Positions 39,417 to 51,153 of a stretch of DNA of 58,766 bases are shown one piece after another. Numbering within the stretch: the stretch's first letter is position 1; every line of letters begins with the position of its first letter. Location: assembly GCA_046566765.1 (NCBI GenBank), contig JBKHWA010000001.1, positions 1-58,766 on the forward strand, in the 5' to 3' direction. The notes beneath the pieces are model-generated. The model did not search any database. It was given only the letters and a program-made list of their open reading frames with translations, and was not told where the DNA came from. Made by a program: the position numbers and the translations under genes. Origin of the DNA: Gammaproteobacteria bacterium (lineage in GTDB: Bacteria > Pseudomonadota > Gammaproteobacteria > Pseudomonadales > JADFDG01).

Positions 39417-40397
39417 ATGAAGGTCATCATACTGGACCCCAAGCGGGGTATCAGTCGAACCATCCGCCTCCCGGAGCACTGGTACCTGTGGCTTGCGGCG
39501 GTGTTGCTGGTGCTGCCGACCCTCGGGGCCTGGGGTGGATACAACTGGTACGCGAGCCGGGCCGGGGACCCGGTGGTCAGCGGCGATGTCGGCCGCGATA
39601 CGGCGATCGCCTGGCGCCACCGGATTGCCGTCCAGCGCGAGGCGATCGTCGCCGCGCGGGAACGCGCCGAGGAAAAGTTGAAGGCGATGACCGTCCGCGT
39701 GGCCGAGATGCAGGCCAAGTTGCTGCGGCTGGACGCGCTCGGGGAGCGGCTGGCCCGGGCTACCGCCGCCGGCAAGCAGGAGTTCGACTTCAGCCGGCCG
39801 CCGGCCATGGGTGGCCCCGATGAGGGCGGTGTCGGCATGCCCGCATTCCGCGAGCCGGATTTCATCACGGCGCTGGATGAACTCGCCGCGCGCATCGATG
39901 CCCGTGAGACCGAACTCAGGGTGTTCGAGAACCTGCTCGCCGGCGGTCGCCTGCGGGAGGAGAGTTTCCTGGCGGGCAACCCGGTGAACGTCGGCTACCT
40001 GTCGTCCAAATTCGGCTATCGCATCGATCCGTTCCACGGCAGCGTGGCTTTCCACCGGGGCGTGGACTTTGCCGGGCCTTCGGGTGCCGACATCGTCGCT
40101 ACCGGCGATGGCATGGTGACCTTCGCCGGCACGCATGCCGGCTACGGCAACATGGTCGAGATCGCGCACGGCGACGGCATATCCACCGTCTACGCGCATG
40201 CGAGCCGGGTGCTGGTCCGCGTCGGCGACATCGTCCGCAAGGACCAGCCGGTCGCCAAGCTTGGCAATACCGGCCGCTCCACCGGGCCGCACGTCCACTA
40301 CGAAGTCCGTCGTCACGGCGTTGCCGTCAACCCGGCGGCATTCGTCTCGGTGGCCCGGGCCGAGCAGCCCGGCGAGCCTGCCGCCACCACCCGCTGA
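39417..40397 (+). CDS. M23-family metallopeptidase (membrane-anchored, coiled-coil plus LytM domain)
   Basis: HRGVDFAG, GYGNMVEIAHG, GNTGRSTGPHVHYEV. N-terminal TM. The ATG at 39417 was preferred to the track start. Confidence 0.9.
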   Translation: MKVIILDPKRGISRTIRLPEHWYLWLAAVLLVLPTLGAWGGYNWYASRAGDPVVSGDVGRDTAIAWRHRIAVQREAIVAARERAEEKLKAMTVRVAEMQAKLLRLDALGERLARATAAGKQEFDFSRPPAMGGPDEGGVGMPAFREPDFITALDELAARIDARETELRVFENLLAGGRLREESFLAGNPVNVGYLSSKFGYRIDPFHGSVAFHRGVDFAGPSGADIVATGDGMVTFAGTHAGYGNMVEIAHGDGISTVYAHASRVLVRVGDIVRKDQPVAKLGNTGRSTGPHVHYEVRRHGVAVNPAAFVSVARAEQPGEPAATTR

Positions 40398-40537
40398 CGC
40401 GTCCTGCGTCGCGGTGCCCGCAGTTCCCCTCGTTACGGTAGAATTCCGGCGCCTTTGACGGCCCCTCCGGGGCCGTTCCACTTTCGGTGCGGTCCCGCGA
40501 GCAGTCGCGTCCGCGCCGCCTGCGCGAGTGTCCCTGC

Positions 40538-43243
<2,706 letters not shown>

Positions 43244-43255
43244 GGCACCCGAGAG

Positions 43256-44485
43256 ATGGCAGTTGGCCCTGACACCGTACCATCGGTCATTCATGCCGTA
43301 GCCGGCGTCCGCATCGGCGTCGTCGAGGCCGGTATCCGCAAGAAGAATCGCCGTGACGTGGTGGTGTTCGAGTTCGCCGCCGGCACGGCGCTGGCGGCTA
43401 CGTTCACGAAGAACCAGTTCTGTGCCGCTCCGGTGCTGGTGGCGAAAGAGCACCTGGCTGCCGCGCTGCCGGCGGGAACTGCGCGCTACCTGCTGATCAA
43501 TACCGGCTGCGCAAATGCCGGCACCGGCGCTCCCGGCCTCGATGATGCACGCCGCAGTTGCGCCGCGCTGGCGCAGGCGGCGCAGGCCGATGCCGCGGCG
43601 GTTTTGCCGTTTTCCACCGGCGTGATCGGCGAACGCCTGCCGGTCGATCGCCTGGTGGCGGCGCTGCCGGCGGCCATCGGCGCCCTGCGTGCCGACGCCT
43701 GGCTGGACGCGGCGCACGGCATCATGACCACCGACACGCGGCCGAAGGTCGCGTCGCTGCGCGTGGAGATCGGCGGCAAGCCGGTCACCATCACCGGGAT
43801 ATCCAAGGGCGCCGGCATGATCTGCCCGAACATGGCGACCATGCTGGCGTTCGTCGCCACCGATGCGTTGGTGGCACGCGAGGACCTGCAGCGCTGGCTG
43901 TCGGCATCCACCGACCAGTCGTTCAACCGGATCACGATCGACGGCGATACCTCCACCAACGATGCCTGCGTGCTCGCCGCGACCGGTGCGTCCGGCGTGA
44001 AGATTCCCGCAGCCGGCGCCGGGGCCGATGCCTTCCGTGCCGCGCTGGACGATGTCATGCGCCAGCTCGCCCAGGCGATCGTGCGTGACGGCGAGGGCGC
44101 CACCAAGTTCATCGCCGTCGAGGTCGAAGGTGGCCGCGACACCGCGGAGTGCCTTGCCGTGGCATACACCATCGCGCATTCGCCGCTGGTGAAGACTGCG
44201 CTGTTCGCTTCCGATCCCAACTGGGGCCGCATCCTCGCCTGCGTGGGGCGCGCTGGCCTTGCTGACCTCGACGTGTCGCGTGTCGATATCCACCTCGACG
44301 ATGTCTGCATCGTGAAAGGTGGCGGCGTGGCGCCGGACTACACCGAGGCACGTGGCGCCGACGTGATGAAGCGCGAGGAGATCACCATCCGGGTGTCGCT
44401 GGCGCGCGGCAAGGCACGCGACTGCGTGTGGACGACCGACCTGTCGTTCGACTACGTCAAGATCAACGCCGAGTACCGTACCTGA
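43256..44485 (+). CDS. argJ: Bifunctional glutamate N-acetyltransferase / amino-acid acetyltransferase
   Basis: ArgJ autoprocessing site context ...MATMLAFVATDA and overall ArgJ colinearity. Confidence 0.93.
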   Translation: MAVGPDTVPSVIHAVAGVRIGVVEAGIRKKNRRDVVVFEFAAGTALAATFTKNQFCAAPVLVAKEHLAAALPAGTARYLLINTGCANAGTGAPGLDDARRSCAALAQAAQADAAAVLPFSTGVIGERLPVDRLVAALPAAIGALRADAWLDAAHGIMTTDTRPKVASLRVEIGGKPVTITGISKGAGMICPNMATMLAFVATDALVAREDLQRWLSASTDQSFNRITIDGDTSTNDACVLAATGASGVKIPAAGAGADAFRAALDDVMRQLAQAIVRDGEGATKFIAVEVEGGRDTAECLAVAYTIAHSPLVKTALFASDPNWGRILACVGRAGLADLDVSRVDIHLDDVCIVKGGGVAPDYTEARGADVMKREEITIRVSLARGKARDCVWTTDLSFDYVKINAEYRT

Positions 44486-44519
44486 CCGGCGTGCGGCCGG
44501 CCGGGTGCCCGCCCGCCCC

Positions 44520-45461
44520 ATGAGCGGAAAAGTCGTCCACGTTGCCGTTGCCGTCCTCCGCGACCGCGAAGGACGCGTGCTGTGCACGCAGCGCCTGCCG
44601 CACCAGCACCTGGCCGGCCTGTGGGAGTTTCCCGGCGGCAAGCTGGAGCCGGGAGAGTCGCTGGCCGATGGCCTGCGACGCGAAATTCACGAGGAGCTCG
44701 GCGTTGTTGTCGGTGGCATCGCGCCGCTGCTGCGGATCGAGCATCGCTACCCGGAAAAAACCGTGCTGCTCGATACCTGGCGGGTGCTGGACTGGCGGGG
44801 CGAGCCGCACGGCCGCGAGGGCCAGCCGCTGCGCTGGCAGCATCCGGACGACATGCAGGCCGAAGAGTTTCCCGCCGCCGACGTGCCGATCATCGCTGCG
44901 CTGCGGCTGCCGTCGCGCTACGTCATTTCCCCGGACCTGGTCAGTGCAACTGCAATCGATCCGTTCGTTGCCGGCGCGCGGGCCGGCAACGCGCGGCTGC
45001 TGCAGGTGCGGCTGAAAACCGCGCCGCAACTCGCACTGCCGTTGCTGGCGGCACTGCGTGCGGCACTCCCGCGCGCGCGCGTGCTGGTCAACAGCGACAC
45101 GCTGGCTGTCCTGCCGTCGGGATCGGAGGCGCTGTTCGATGGCGTTCATCTCACGGCAGCGGCGCTGGCGGAATTGCCGGCGCGGCCCGCCGGTCTTTGT
45201 GCTGCGTCCTGCCATGATGCTCGCGAACTGGCGCGTGCATTTGCGCTGGGGCTCAATTTCGCGACGTTGTCGCCGGTGCGGGCGACCGTTTCGCACCCGG
45301 ATGCGGCGGCACTCGGCTGGGATCTGTTCAGCGAACTGGCCGCCACTGCCGGCCTGCCGGTCTATGCGCTGGGCGGCATGCGCGGTGACGAGGATGTGGC
45401 GGTGGCGATCGCGCACGGCGCAAGCGGCATCGCCGGTATCAGCGGCGTGCTGGCCGGCTGA
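44520..45461 (+). CDS. mutT: Nudix 8-oxo-dGTP diphosphatase MutT fused to a ThiE-like (TMP-synthase fold) domain
   Basis: N-terminal Nudix box GGKLEPGESLADGLRREIHEELG. The C-terminal ~190 aa is TIM-barrel ThiE-like (...LGLNFATLSPV..., YALGGM). An alternative GTG start is at 44505. Confidence 0.85.
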   Translation: MSGKVVHVAVAVLRDREGRVLCTQRLPHQHLAGLWEFPGGKLEPGESLADGLRREIHEELGVVVGGIAPLLRIEHRYPEKTVLLDTWRVLDWRGEPHGREGQPLRWQHPDDMQAEEFPAADVPIIAALRLPSRYVISPDLVSATAIDPFVAGARAGNARLLQVRLKTAPQLALPLLAALRAALPRARVLVNSDTLAVLPSGSEALFDGVHLTAAALAELPARPAGLCAASCHDARELARAFALGLNFATLSPVRATVSHPDAAALGWDLFSELAATAGLPVYALGGMRGDEDVAVAIAHGASGIAGISGVLAG

Positions 45462-45464
45462 ATT

Positions 45465-45671
45465 TCAGGGGTCGTCGCTGCCCGGCATGCCGTCCGGCGG
45501 GGTCTGCTCGGGGATGCGGTAACTCTCGCTGGCCCAGGCGCCGAGGTCGCGGGTCCGGCAACGTTCCGAGCAGAACGGCCGGAATGGCGAGCTGGCGTCG
45601 AACGGCACGTCGTGGCCGCAGGTCGGGCACTTCACCACCAGCTTCCGCTTCCGGCCGGCCGTTTCGCTCAT
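45465..45671 (-). CDS. yacG: DNA gyrase inhibitor YacG (zinc finger)
   Basis: CPTCG...FCSERCR...DLGAWASE, 68 aa, ATGA-coupled downstream of coaE. Confidence 0.9.
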   Translation of the reverse strand: MSETAGRKRKLVVKCPTCGHDVPFDASSPFRPFCSERCRTRDLGAWASESYRIPEQTPPDGMPGSDDP

Positions 45672-46270
45672 TGGCCCGCGAGCTCCAGGTAGCGCGCATG
45701 CAGCGGTGCGAGCCGGCCGTGCAGGTCGGCAAGCGTGCCGTCGTTGACCACGATGTCGTCGGCACGTGCGCGGCGATCCTCGCGCGACATCTGGGCCGCC
45801 ATGATCGCCTGCACCTGCGCCTGGTCGACGTTGTCACGCGCGGCGGTGCGGGTGAGCTGGTGTGTCTCGGGCGCATCGATCAGCAAGGTGCGTTTGACGA
45901 ACGCTTTCTGGCCGGTCTCGAACAGCAGCGGCGAGACGAGGATCGCGTAGGGTGAGATGGCCGCCCCGAGCTGGCGCAGGATTTCCTGTGCGATCAGCGG
46001 ATGCGTCAGTTGCTCCAGCCAGCGGCGCTCTTCCGGTTTTTCGAACACGATGCGGCGCAGCGCGGCGCGGTCCAGTGTGCCGTCTGACTGGATGACGCCC
46101 TTGCCGAAATGGGCCTCGATGGCCGTCAGCGCCGGCGTTCCCGGCTCCACGACCTGGCGCGACACCACGTCGGCGTCGACGATGACGATGCCCTGTGCCT
46201 TGAACCAGTCGGAGGCGGCGGTCTTGCCGCTGCCGATGCCGCCGGTAAGGCCGACGATGAAGCCGGACAT
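45668..46270 (-). CDS. coaE: Dephospho-CoA kinase
   Basis: [12 protein letters not shown]-loop, 200 aa. Confidence 0.94.
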   Translation of the reverse strand: MSGFIVGLTGGIGSGKTAASDWFKAQGIVIVDADVVSRQVVEPGTPALTAIEAHFGKGVIQSDGTLDRAALRRIVFEKPEERRWLEQLTHPLIAQEILRQLGAAISPYAILVSPLLFETGQKAFVKRTLLIDAPETHQLTRTAARDNVDQAQVQAIMAAQMSREDRRARADDIVVNDGTLADLHGRLAPLHARYLELAGQ

Positions 46271-46276
46271 TGCCGG

Positions 46277-47134
46277 TCAGCCCGTCAGCCGCAGCAACTG
46301 CAGCGGGCCATCGAGCAGCGCATCGCCCCAGAGATAGGCGATGAAGCCGGCAATGGCGAGGAAGGGACCGAACGGGATCGGCTTGGCGCGGTCGCGGCCG
46401 GCGACAACGATCATGGCGATGCCGAGGACCGCGCCGACACCGGACGACAGGACGATCACCAGTGGCAGGTCCTGCCAACCCAGCCAGGCGCCCAGCGCGG
46501 CGAGCAACTTGAAGTCGCCGTAGCCCATGCCTTCCTTGCCGGTGGCGATGCGGAACAACCAGTAGATGCTCCACAACGTGAGGTAGCCCGCCGCGGCGCC
46601 GATCAGCGCATCCTCCGTCGAGACGCCGCCGGCCGGAATCGCGACCAGCAGGCCCAGCCACAGCAGTGGCAGCGTGATGTCGTCCGGGAGCAACTGGGTG
46701 TCGTAGTCGATCATCGTCAGCGCGATCAGCGACCACGTCAGCAGCAACGCCGCCAGCGTCATCCACTGTACGCCGAGCAGGTGCACGACCAGCACGGTCA
46801 GCAAGCCGGTTGCCAGTTCGACCAGCGGGTAACGGACGCTGATGGGTGCGGCGCAGGCGCTGCAGCGGCCGCGCAGTGCCAGCCAGCTGGCGAGGGGGAT
46901 GTTTTCGTACCAGCGGATGCGGTGGCCACAGTGCGGACAGGCCGAGCGGGGCACGGCCAGGTTGTAGGCGGGGCGTTCCGGCAGTAACTCGTCCGGGTGG
47001 TCGAGCAGGAACACGTCGTCACGCCACCGCTGCTCCAGCATTCGCGGGAAGCGGTGGATGACGACGTTCAGGAAGCTGCCGACGCACAGGCCGCCGAACA
47101 GCCCAAGGACCAGTACGGACACCTCGGAGGACAA
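46277..47134 (-). CDS. pilD: Prepilin peptidase / N-methyltransferase (A24)
   Basis: CPHCGH...C..C zinc-type motif and GMGYGDFKLLAALGAW. Colinear with P. aeruginosa PilD. TTG start. Confidence 0.93.
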   Translation of the reverse strand: MSSEVSVLVLGLFGGLCVGSFLNVVIHRFPRMLEQRWRDDVFLLDHPDELLPERPAYNLAVPRSACPHCGHRIRWYENIPLASWLALRGRCSACAAPISVRYPLVELATGLLTVLVVHLLGVQWMTLAALLLTWSLIALTMIDYDTQLLPDDITLPLLWLGLLVAIPAGGVSTEDALIGAAAGYLTLWSIYWLFRIATGKEGMGYGDFKLLAALGAWLGWQDLPLVIVLSSGVGAVLGIAMIVVAGRDRAKPIPFGPFLAIAGFIAYLWGDALLDGPLQLLRLTG

Positions 47135-47141
47135 GGCGGGA

Positions 47142-48362
47142 TCAGCCGCTGACGACCTTGCCCATCTGGAAGATCGGCATGTACATCGCGACCATCAGGC
47201 CGCCGACCACGATGCCGAGGAAGGCCATGATCGCCGGCTCCATCATCGAGGTCAGGCCGTCCACCGCGTTGTCGACCTCCGCTTCGTAATAGGTGGCGAC
47301 CTTGTCGAGCATCGCGTCGAGCGAGCCGGCCTCCTCGCCGATCGAGGTCATCTGGATCGCCATCGGCGGGAAGATCCCGGTCTGGCGCATCGAGTAGGTC
47401 AGGCCCTGGCCGGTAGATACGTCGTCGCGGATCTTCATGATGGCCATGTAGTAGACGTTGTTGCCGGCGGCGTCCGCGCAGGACTTGAGTGCCTCGATCA
47501 GCGGCACGCCGGCGGCGAAGGTGGTGGCCAGGGTGCGCGAGTAGCGGGCAACGGTCGACTTGAGCACGATATCGCCGACGATCGGCAACTTCAGGTACAA
47601 CTGGTCGAGCCGGTCGCGCAATTTCTTCGAGCGTTTCTTCCATTCGCTGAACGTCCAGCCGGCCGCACCCATGATGATCAGTGCCAGCAGACCCCAGGAC
47701 TGCACCCAGTTCGACATGTCGATGGCCACCTGGGTCGGTTTTGGCAACTCGGCGCCAAAACTGCCGAACAACTCGGCAAAAACCGGCACCACTTTCACCA
47801 GCAGAATGACCGTGACGATTGCGGCGATCGACAGTACCGTGATCGGGTACTTCATCGCCTTCTTGATCTTCATCTTCAGCGCTTCGGACTTTTCCTTGTA
47901 GGTCGCGACCCGGTCGAGCATCGTCTCGAGCGCGCCGGACTGCTCGCCGGCGTGCACCAGGCTGACAAACAGGTCGTCAAAAAGGTCCGGGTACCGGTGG
48001 AGTGCGTCGGCAAAGCTGTTGCCGCCTTCCACGTGCTGCTTCAGGCCCATCACGACCTCGCGCATCTTCGCGTTGTTCAGGCCGTCTGCAACGATGTCGA
48101 ACGACTGCAGCAGCGGCACGCCGGCGCGCATCATGGTGGACATCTGCCGGGTAAAGATGGCGACGTCCATCGGGCTGACCTTGCCGCCCTTGGCGAAGAT
48201 GCTGGCCCGCTTCTTGCGGATGGTCGGGTTGTTGATGCCCTGCTTGCGCAGCTGGGCCTTGATCGCCGCCTCGGACTTGCCGGTGGCCTCGCCCTTGACC
48301 TTGGCACCTTTCTTGTCGGTGCCCTCGTAGACGAAGGTGATGTTCTGTTCAGCAGCTGCCAT
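47142..48362 (-). CDS. pilC: Type IV pilus platform protein PilC (GspF family)
   Basis: 406 aa with two GspF repeats and three TM segments. Confidence 0.93.
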   Translation of the reverse strand: MAAAEQNITFVYEGTDKKGAKVKGEATGKSEAAIKAQLRKQGINNPTIRKKRASIFAKGGKVSPMDVAIFTRQMSTMMRAGVPLLQSFDIVADGLNNAKMREVVMGLKQHVEGGNSFADALHRYPDLFDDLFVSLVHAGEQSGALETMLDRVATYKEKSEALKMKIKKAMKYPITVLSIAAIVTVILLVKVVPVFAELFGSFGAELPKPTQVAIDMSNWVQSWGLLALIIMGAAGWTFSEWKKRSKKLRDRLDQLYLKLPIVGDIVLKSTVARYSRTLATTFAAGVPLIEALKSCADAAGNNVYYMAIMKIRDDVSTGQGLTYSMRQTGIFPPMAIQMTSIGEEAGSLDAMLDKVATYYEAEVDNAVDGLTSMMEPAIMAFLGIVVGGLMVAMYMPIFQMGKVVSG

Positions 48363-48406
48363 GAGGTTGTCCCGGCTGTGGCGAGGTCACGATTCTTGTG
48401 ATCAGG

Positions 48407-50116
48407 TTACGACGTAATGCGATCGACTTCGGCGAGGCTGGTCAGCCCCATCTTCACCTTGTTGAGCCCGGAGCGACGCAGGTCGTTGAAGCCTTCCTTG
48501 CGGCACTGGTCGCCAATCTGGATGGAATTGCCCTCTTCCATGATGATGCGGGCGATGGCGTCGGTGATCCTTACCACCTCGTAGACGCCCACCCGGCCCT
48601 TGTAGCCGCCCTTGCAACGCTCGCAGCCGACCGGGCCGTATACCGTAAAGGTGCCGATTTCGTCGTCGGCAAAACCGAACTTCTTCAACGCGTCCGGAGG
48701 AACGTCCTGCGGCGCCTTGCATTGTTCGCACAGTCGTCGACCCAGCCGCTGGGCGATGATGAGGTTGACCGATGTCGCGATGTTGAACGAAGGCACGCCC
48801 ATGTTGCGCAAACGGGTCAGCGTTTCCGGTGCCGAGTTGGTGTGCAGCGTCGACAACACCATGTGGCCGGTCTGCGCTGCCTTCACCGCGATCGATGCGG
48901 TCTCGAGGTCACGGATCTCGCCGACCAGAATGACGTCCGGATCCTGCCGCAGGAACGCTTTCAGCGCGGCCGAGAAATCCATGCCCTGCTTCGGGTTGAC
49001 GTTGACCTGGTTGACGCCCTCGAAGTTGATTTCGACCGGGTCTTCCGCGGTGGAGATGTTGCGGTGCACCTCGTTGAGGATGTTGACGCCGGTATACAGG
49101 GTCACCGTCTTGCCGGAACCGGTCGGGCCGGTTACCAGCAACATGCCCTGCGGACGCTCGAGCGCTGCCATGTACAGTTCTTTCTGGTGCGGCTCGAAGC
49201 CGAGCATCTCGATGCCGATCTTCGCGCTGTCCGGGTCAAGGATCCGCAACACGATTTTTTCACCCCACAGCGTGGGGCAGGTGTTGACGCGGAAGTCGAT
49301 GGCCTTGGTCTTCGAGATCTTCATCTTGATGCGGCCGTCCTGCGGGACGCGGCGCTCGGAGATGTCGAGGTTGGCCATGACCTTCAGGCGGGCGGCGATT
49401 TTCGCGGCCTGCGAAACCGGCGGCCGCACGACCTCATGCAGCATGCCGTCGGTACGGAAGCGGACGCGATAGGACTTCTCGTACGGTTCGAAGTGCAGGT
49501 CCGAGGAGCCGCCCTTCACGGCGTCGAGCAGCAACTTGTTCACGAAGCGCACGATCGGCGCGTCGTCGGTGCCGCTGCTGCCGTCGTCGGCCGCGGCGGC
49601 AACCTCGTCGCCCCCCATGGTCTCGAGGTTGTCGAGATCGCTGTCGAGACCTTCGAAGGCTTTCGACTCGGCCTGGCTGAGGAATTTTTCCAGCGCCTGC
49701 GTCAGTTTGTCGGACTCGACGACGATGGCCTCGGTGTTGAGGCCGGTATTGAAACGGATCTCGTCGAGTGCCTGCAGGTTGGCGGGATCGGCAATGGCAA
49801 CGAACAGGCGGCTGCCGCGCTTCATCAGCGGCAGCACCTGGTGCTTGGTGATCAGTTCCTCGCCGAGCAGGTCTTTCTGCAGGCCGGCGATGTCGATCGC
49901 CGCGAGGTCGAGCAGCGGATCGCCGAATTCCTCGGCAGCGGCAACGGCGACTTCGCGCGCCTTCGCCAGCTTGTTGTCGACGAGGTACTTGGCCAGCGGG
50001 ATCTTCTGCTGCTGGGCCGTGCGGAGCGCCTCGCGGGCGGTGGTATCGGAAATCAGGCCGTCAGTGACCAGGCGGCGGGCAAGGCCGCTCAGCATCACGT
50101 TGGGTGGACTCGACAT
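48407..50116 (-). CDS. pilB: Type IV-A pilus assembly ATPase PilB
   Basis: N-terminal GSPII domain, GPTGSGKT Walker A, Asp/His boxes and a CxxC...CxxC tetracysteine (CEQC...CERC). Confidence 0.95.
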   Translation of the reverse strand: MSSPPNVMLSGLARRLVTDGLISDTTAREALRTAQQQKIPLAKYLVDNKLAKAREVAVAAAEEFGDPLLDLAAIDIAGLQKDLLGEELITKHQVLPLMKRGSRLFVAIADPANLQALDEIRFNTGLNTEAIVVESDKLTQALEKFLSQAESKAFEGLDSDLDNLETMGGDEVAAAADDGSSGTDDAPIVRFVNKLLLDAVKGGSSDLHFEPYEKSYRVRFRTDGMLHEVVRPPVSQAAKIAARLKVMANLDISERRVPQDGRIKMKISKTKAIDFRVNTCPTLWGEKIVLRILDPDSAKIGIEMLGFEPHQKELYMAALERPQGMLLVTGPTGSGKTVTLYTGVNILNEVHRNISTAEDPVEINFEGVNQVNVNPKQGMDFSAALKAFLRQDPDVILVGEIRDLETASIAVKAAQTGHMVLSTLHTNSAPETLTRLRNMGVPSFNIATSVNLIIAQRLGRRLCEQCKAPQDVPPDALKKFGFADDEIGTFTVYGPVGCERCKGGYKGRVGVYEVVRITDAIARIIMEEGNSIQIGDQCRKEGFNDLRRSGLNKVKMGLTSLAEVDRITS

Positions 50117-50350
50117 TTCAGGTGTACCCCTGCAGGCAAAATCCGTTCCGCGTGAACGGGTTGGGCAAGACAGTTAAGCAGCGTTCGCAGCCGGGGAAAT
50201 TAACAGGAAATGACGCGCGGCGGCCAGCGCCTGTCAATCGCGATGTGACCGGGTACCGCGGATGGCGACCTGGACCGGGGTGGCGGGACGAAGTATCGGT
50301 GGGATGAAAGCGCTGGCCGGGCGCGGGCATCGGCAACGACGTGGCAGGTA

Positions 50351-50367
50351 CTGACAATATTTGTCAG
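50351..50367. promoter_or_regulatory. Perfect 7-3-7 palindrome in the pilB/pilA divergent region (candidate activator site)
   Basis: CTGACAA-TAT-TTGTCAG. It contains TGTC cores on both strands, about 110 nt upstream of the putative -24/-12 element. Confidence 0.35.
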
Positions 50368-50463
50368 AAGCGGTCCGGGGAGGGGCGGCGGTCCCTTGTA
50401 TGGCGCCCGGGTTGTCCTTGCCAGATCAGCCACTTAGCGCTAGGGTCCGCCTTGGCCTGATTC

Positions 50464-50480
50464 GTGCATCGTATGGGCCA
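50464..50480 (+). promoter_or_regulatory. Putative sigma54 (-24/-12) promoter of pilA
   Basis: TGGCCTGATTCGTGCAT has GG and GC at the canonical spacing (TGGCAC-N5-TTGCW consensus). It lies about 50 nt before the pilA ATG. Confidence 0.45.
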
Positions 50481-50530
50481 GTCTGGGGCCGACGGGTCCA
50501 CGACTCATAACAAAACCTTGGAGATATCCC

Positions 50531-51004
50531 ATGAAACTGCAGAAAGGCTTCACGCTGATCGAACTGATGATCGTAGTAGCGATCATCGGCATCCTGGCCG
50601 CGGTCGCCATCCCGGCCTACCAGGACTACATCAAGACCTCGAACATGGCGAAGATCACCTCGCACTACGAGGAAGGCTGCCGCGCTGTCCGTAACGAACT
50701 GTCCAAGGTCTCCAGCCGTCTGGGCATGGGCGTGAGCGTTGATGCCGAGTTCAATAACTTCAAGACGGGCGGCGACCAGAGCCTGATCGACAATGTCCTG
50801 GACAAGGATGGCCGTAACGCCCCGGGTGGCGGCCGCGCGTACCAGACGGCCGTGGATGACGGCACCGGCGCCGTAGGTGTGCAGATCGTGACTCCTGCCG
50901 CGTCGACTACCGACTGGAGCGACACCTACGTTGTGCTGACCCTGCCGACCTACAAGGGCGCGTTCACGACCAAGACCTGCGGTATCGACTTCCGCAACCT
51001 GTAA
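50531..51004 (+). CDS. pilA: Type IVa major pilin
   Basis: MKLQKG|[27 protein letters not shown]: a 6-aa leader with Glu+5. High-expression codon usage, GGAGA SD and a strong terminator. Confidence 0.95.
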   Translation: MKLQKGFTLIELMIVVAIIGILAAVAIPAYQDYIKTSNMAKITSHYEEGCRAVRNELSKVSSRLGMGVSVDAEFNNFKTGGDQSLIDNVLDKDGRNAPGGGRAYQTAVDDGTGAVGVQIVTPAASTTDWSDTYVVLTLPTYKGAFTTKTCGIDFRNL

Positions 51005-51025
51005 TCAGGTTTCCGGCAAGTCAGG

Positions 51026-51055
51026 GAAGGGGGCGGAAGCCCCCTTCTTTCGTTT
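51026..51055 (+). terminator. Rho-independent terminator after pilA
   Basis: GAAGGGGGC-GGAA-GCCCCCTTC: a perfect 9-bp stem with a tetraloop, followed by TTTCGTTTG. Confidence 0.85.
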
Positions 51056-51153
51056 GCGGGGCGGCGCTTTTGTTTCCCTGGAGCGGCAGTTTGCCGAAGG
51101 ACACACTATCCTTCCTTCAGCGATTGGTTGGCAGCAGGGACATGGAGGGCAAG

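Noticed and set aside
48398-50155. 585-aa plus-strand ORF.
   Set aside because: Antisense to pilB. No motifs, and PilB on the minus strand has Walker, Asp, His and tetracysteine boxes.
50401-50415. TGGCGCCCGGGTTGT as an alternative sigma54 element for pilA.
   Set aside because: It has TTGT instead of the conserved GC at -12. The element at 50464-50480 fits the consensus spacing and dinucleotides better.
50104-50433. Small ORFs (65-79 aa, both strands) in the pilB-pilA intergenic region, plus 37702..37893(+) in the ftsZ-lpxC spacer.
   Set aside because: They have no SD, no G/C third-position bias, and Pro/Arg/Gly-rich products. These regions are better explained as regulatory DNA.
51079-51096. 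CTGGAGCGGCAGTTTGCC upstream of the second pilin, considered as a sigma54 promoter.
   Set aside because: The GG-to-GC spacing is one nucleotide too long for the strictly spaced -24/-12 consensus.
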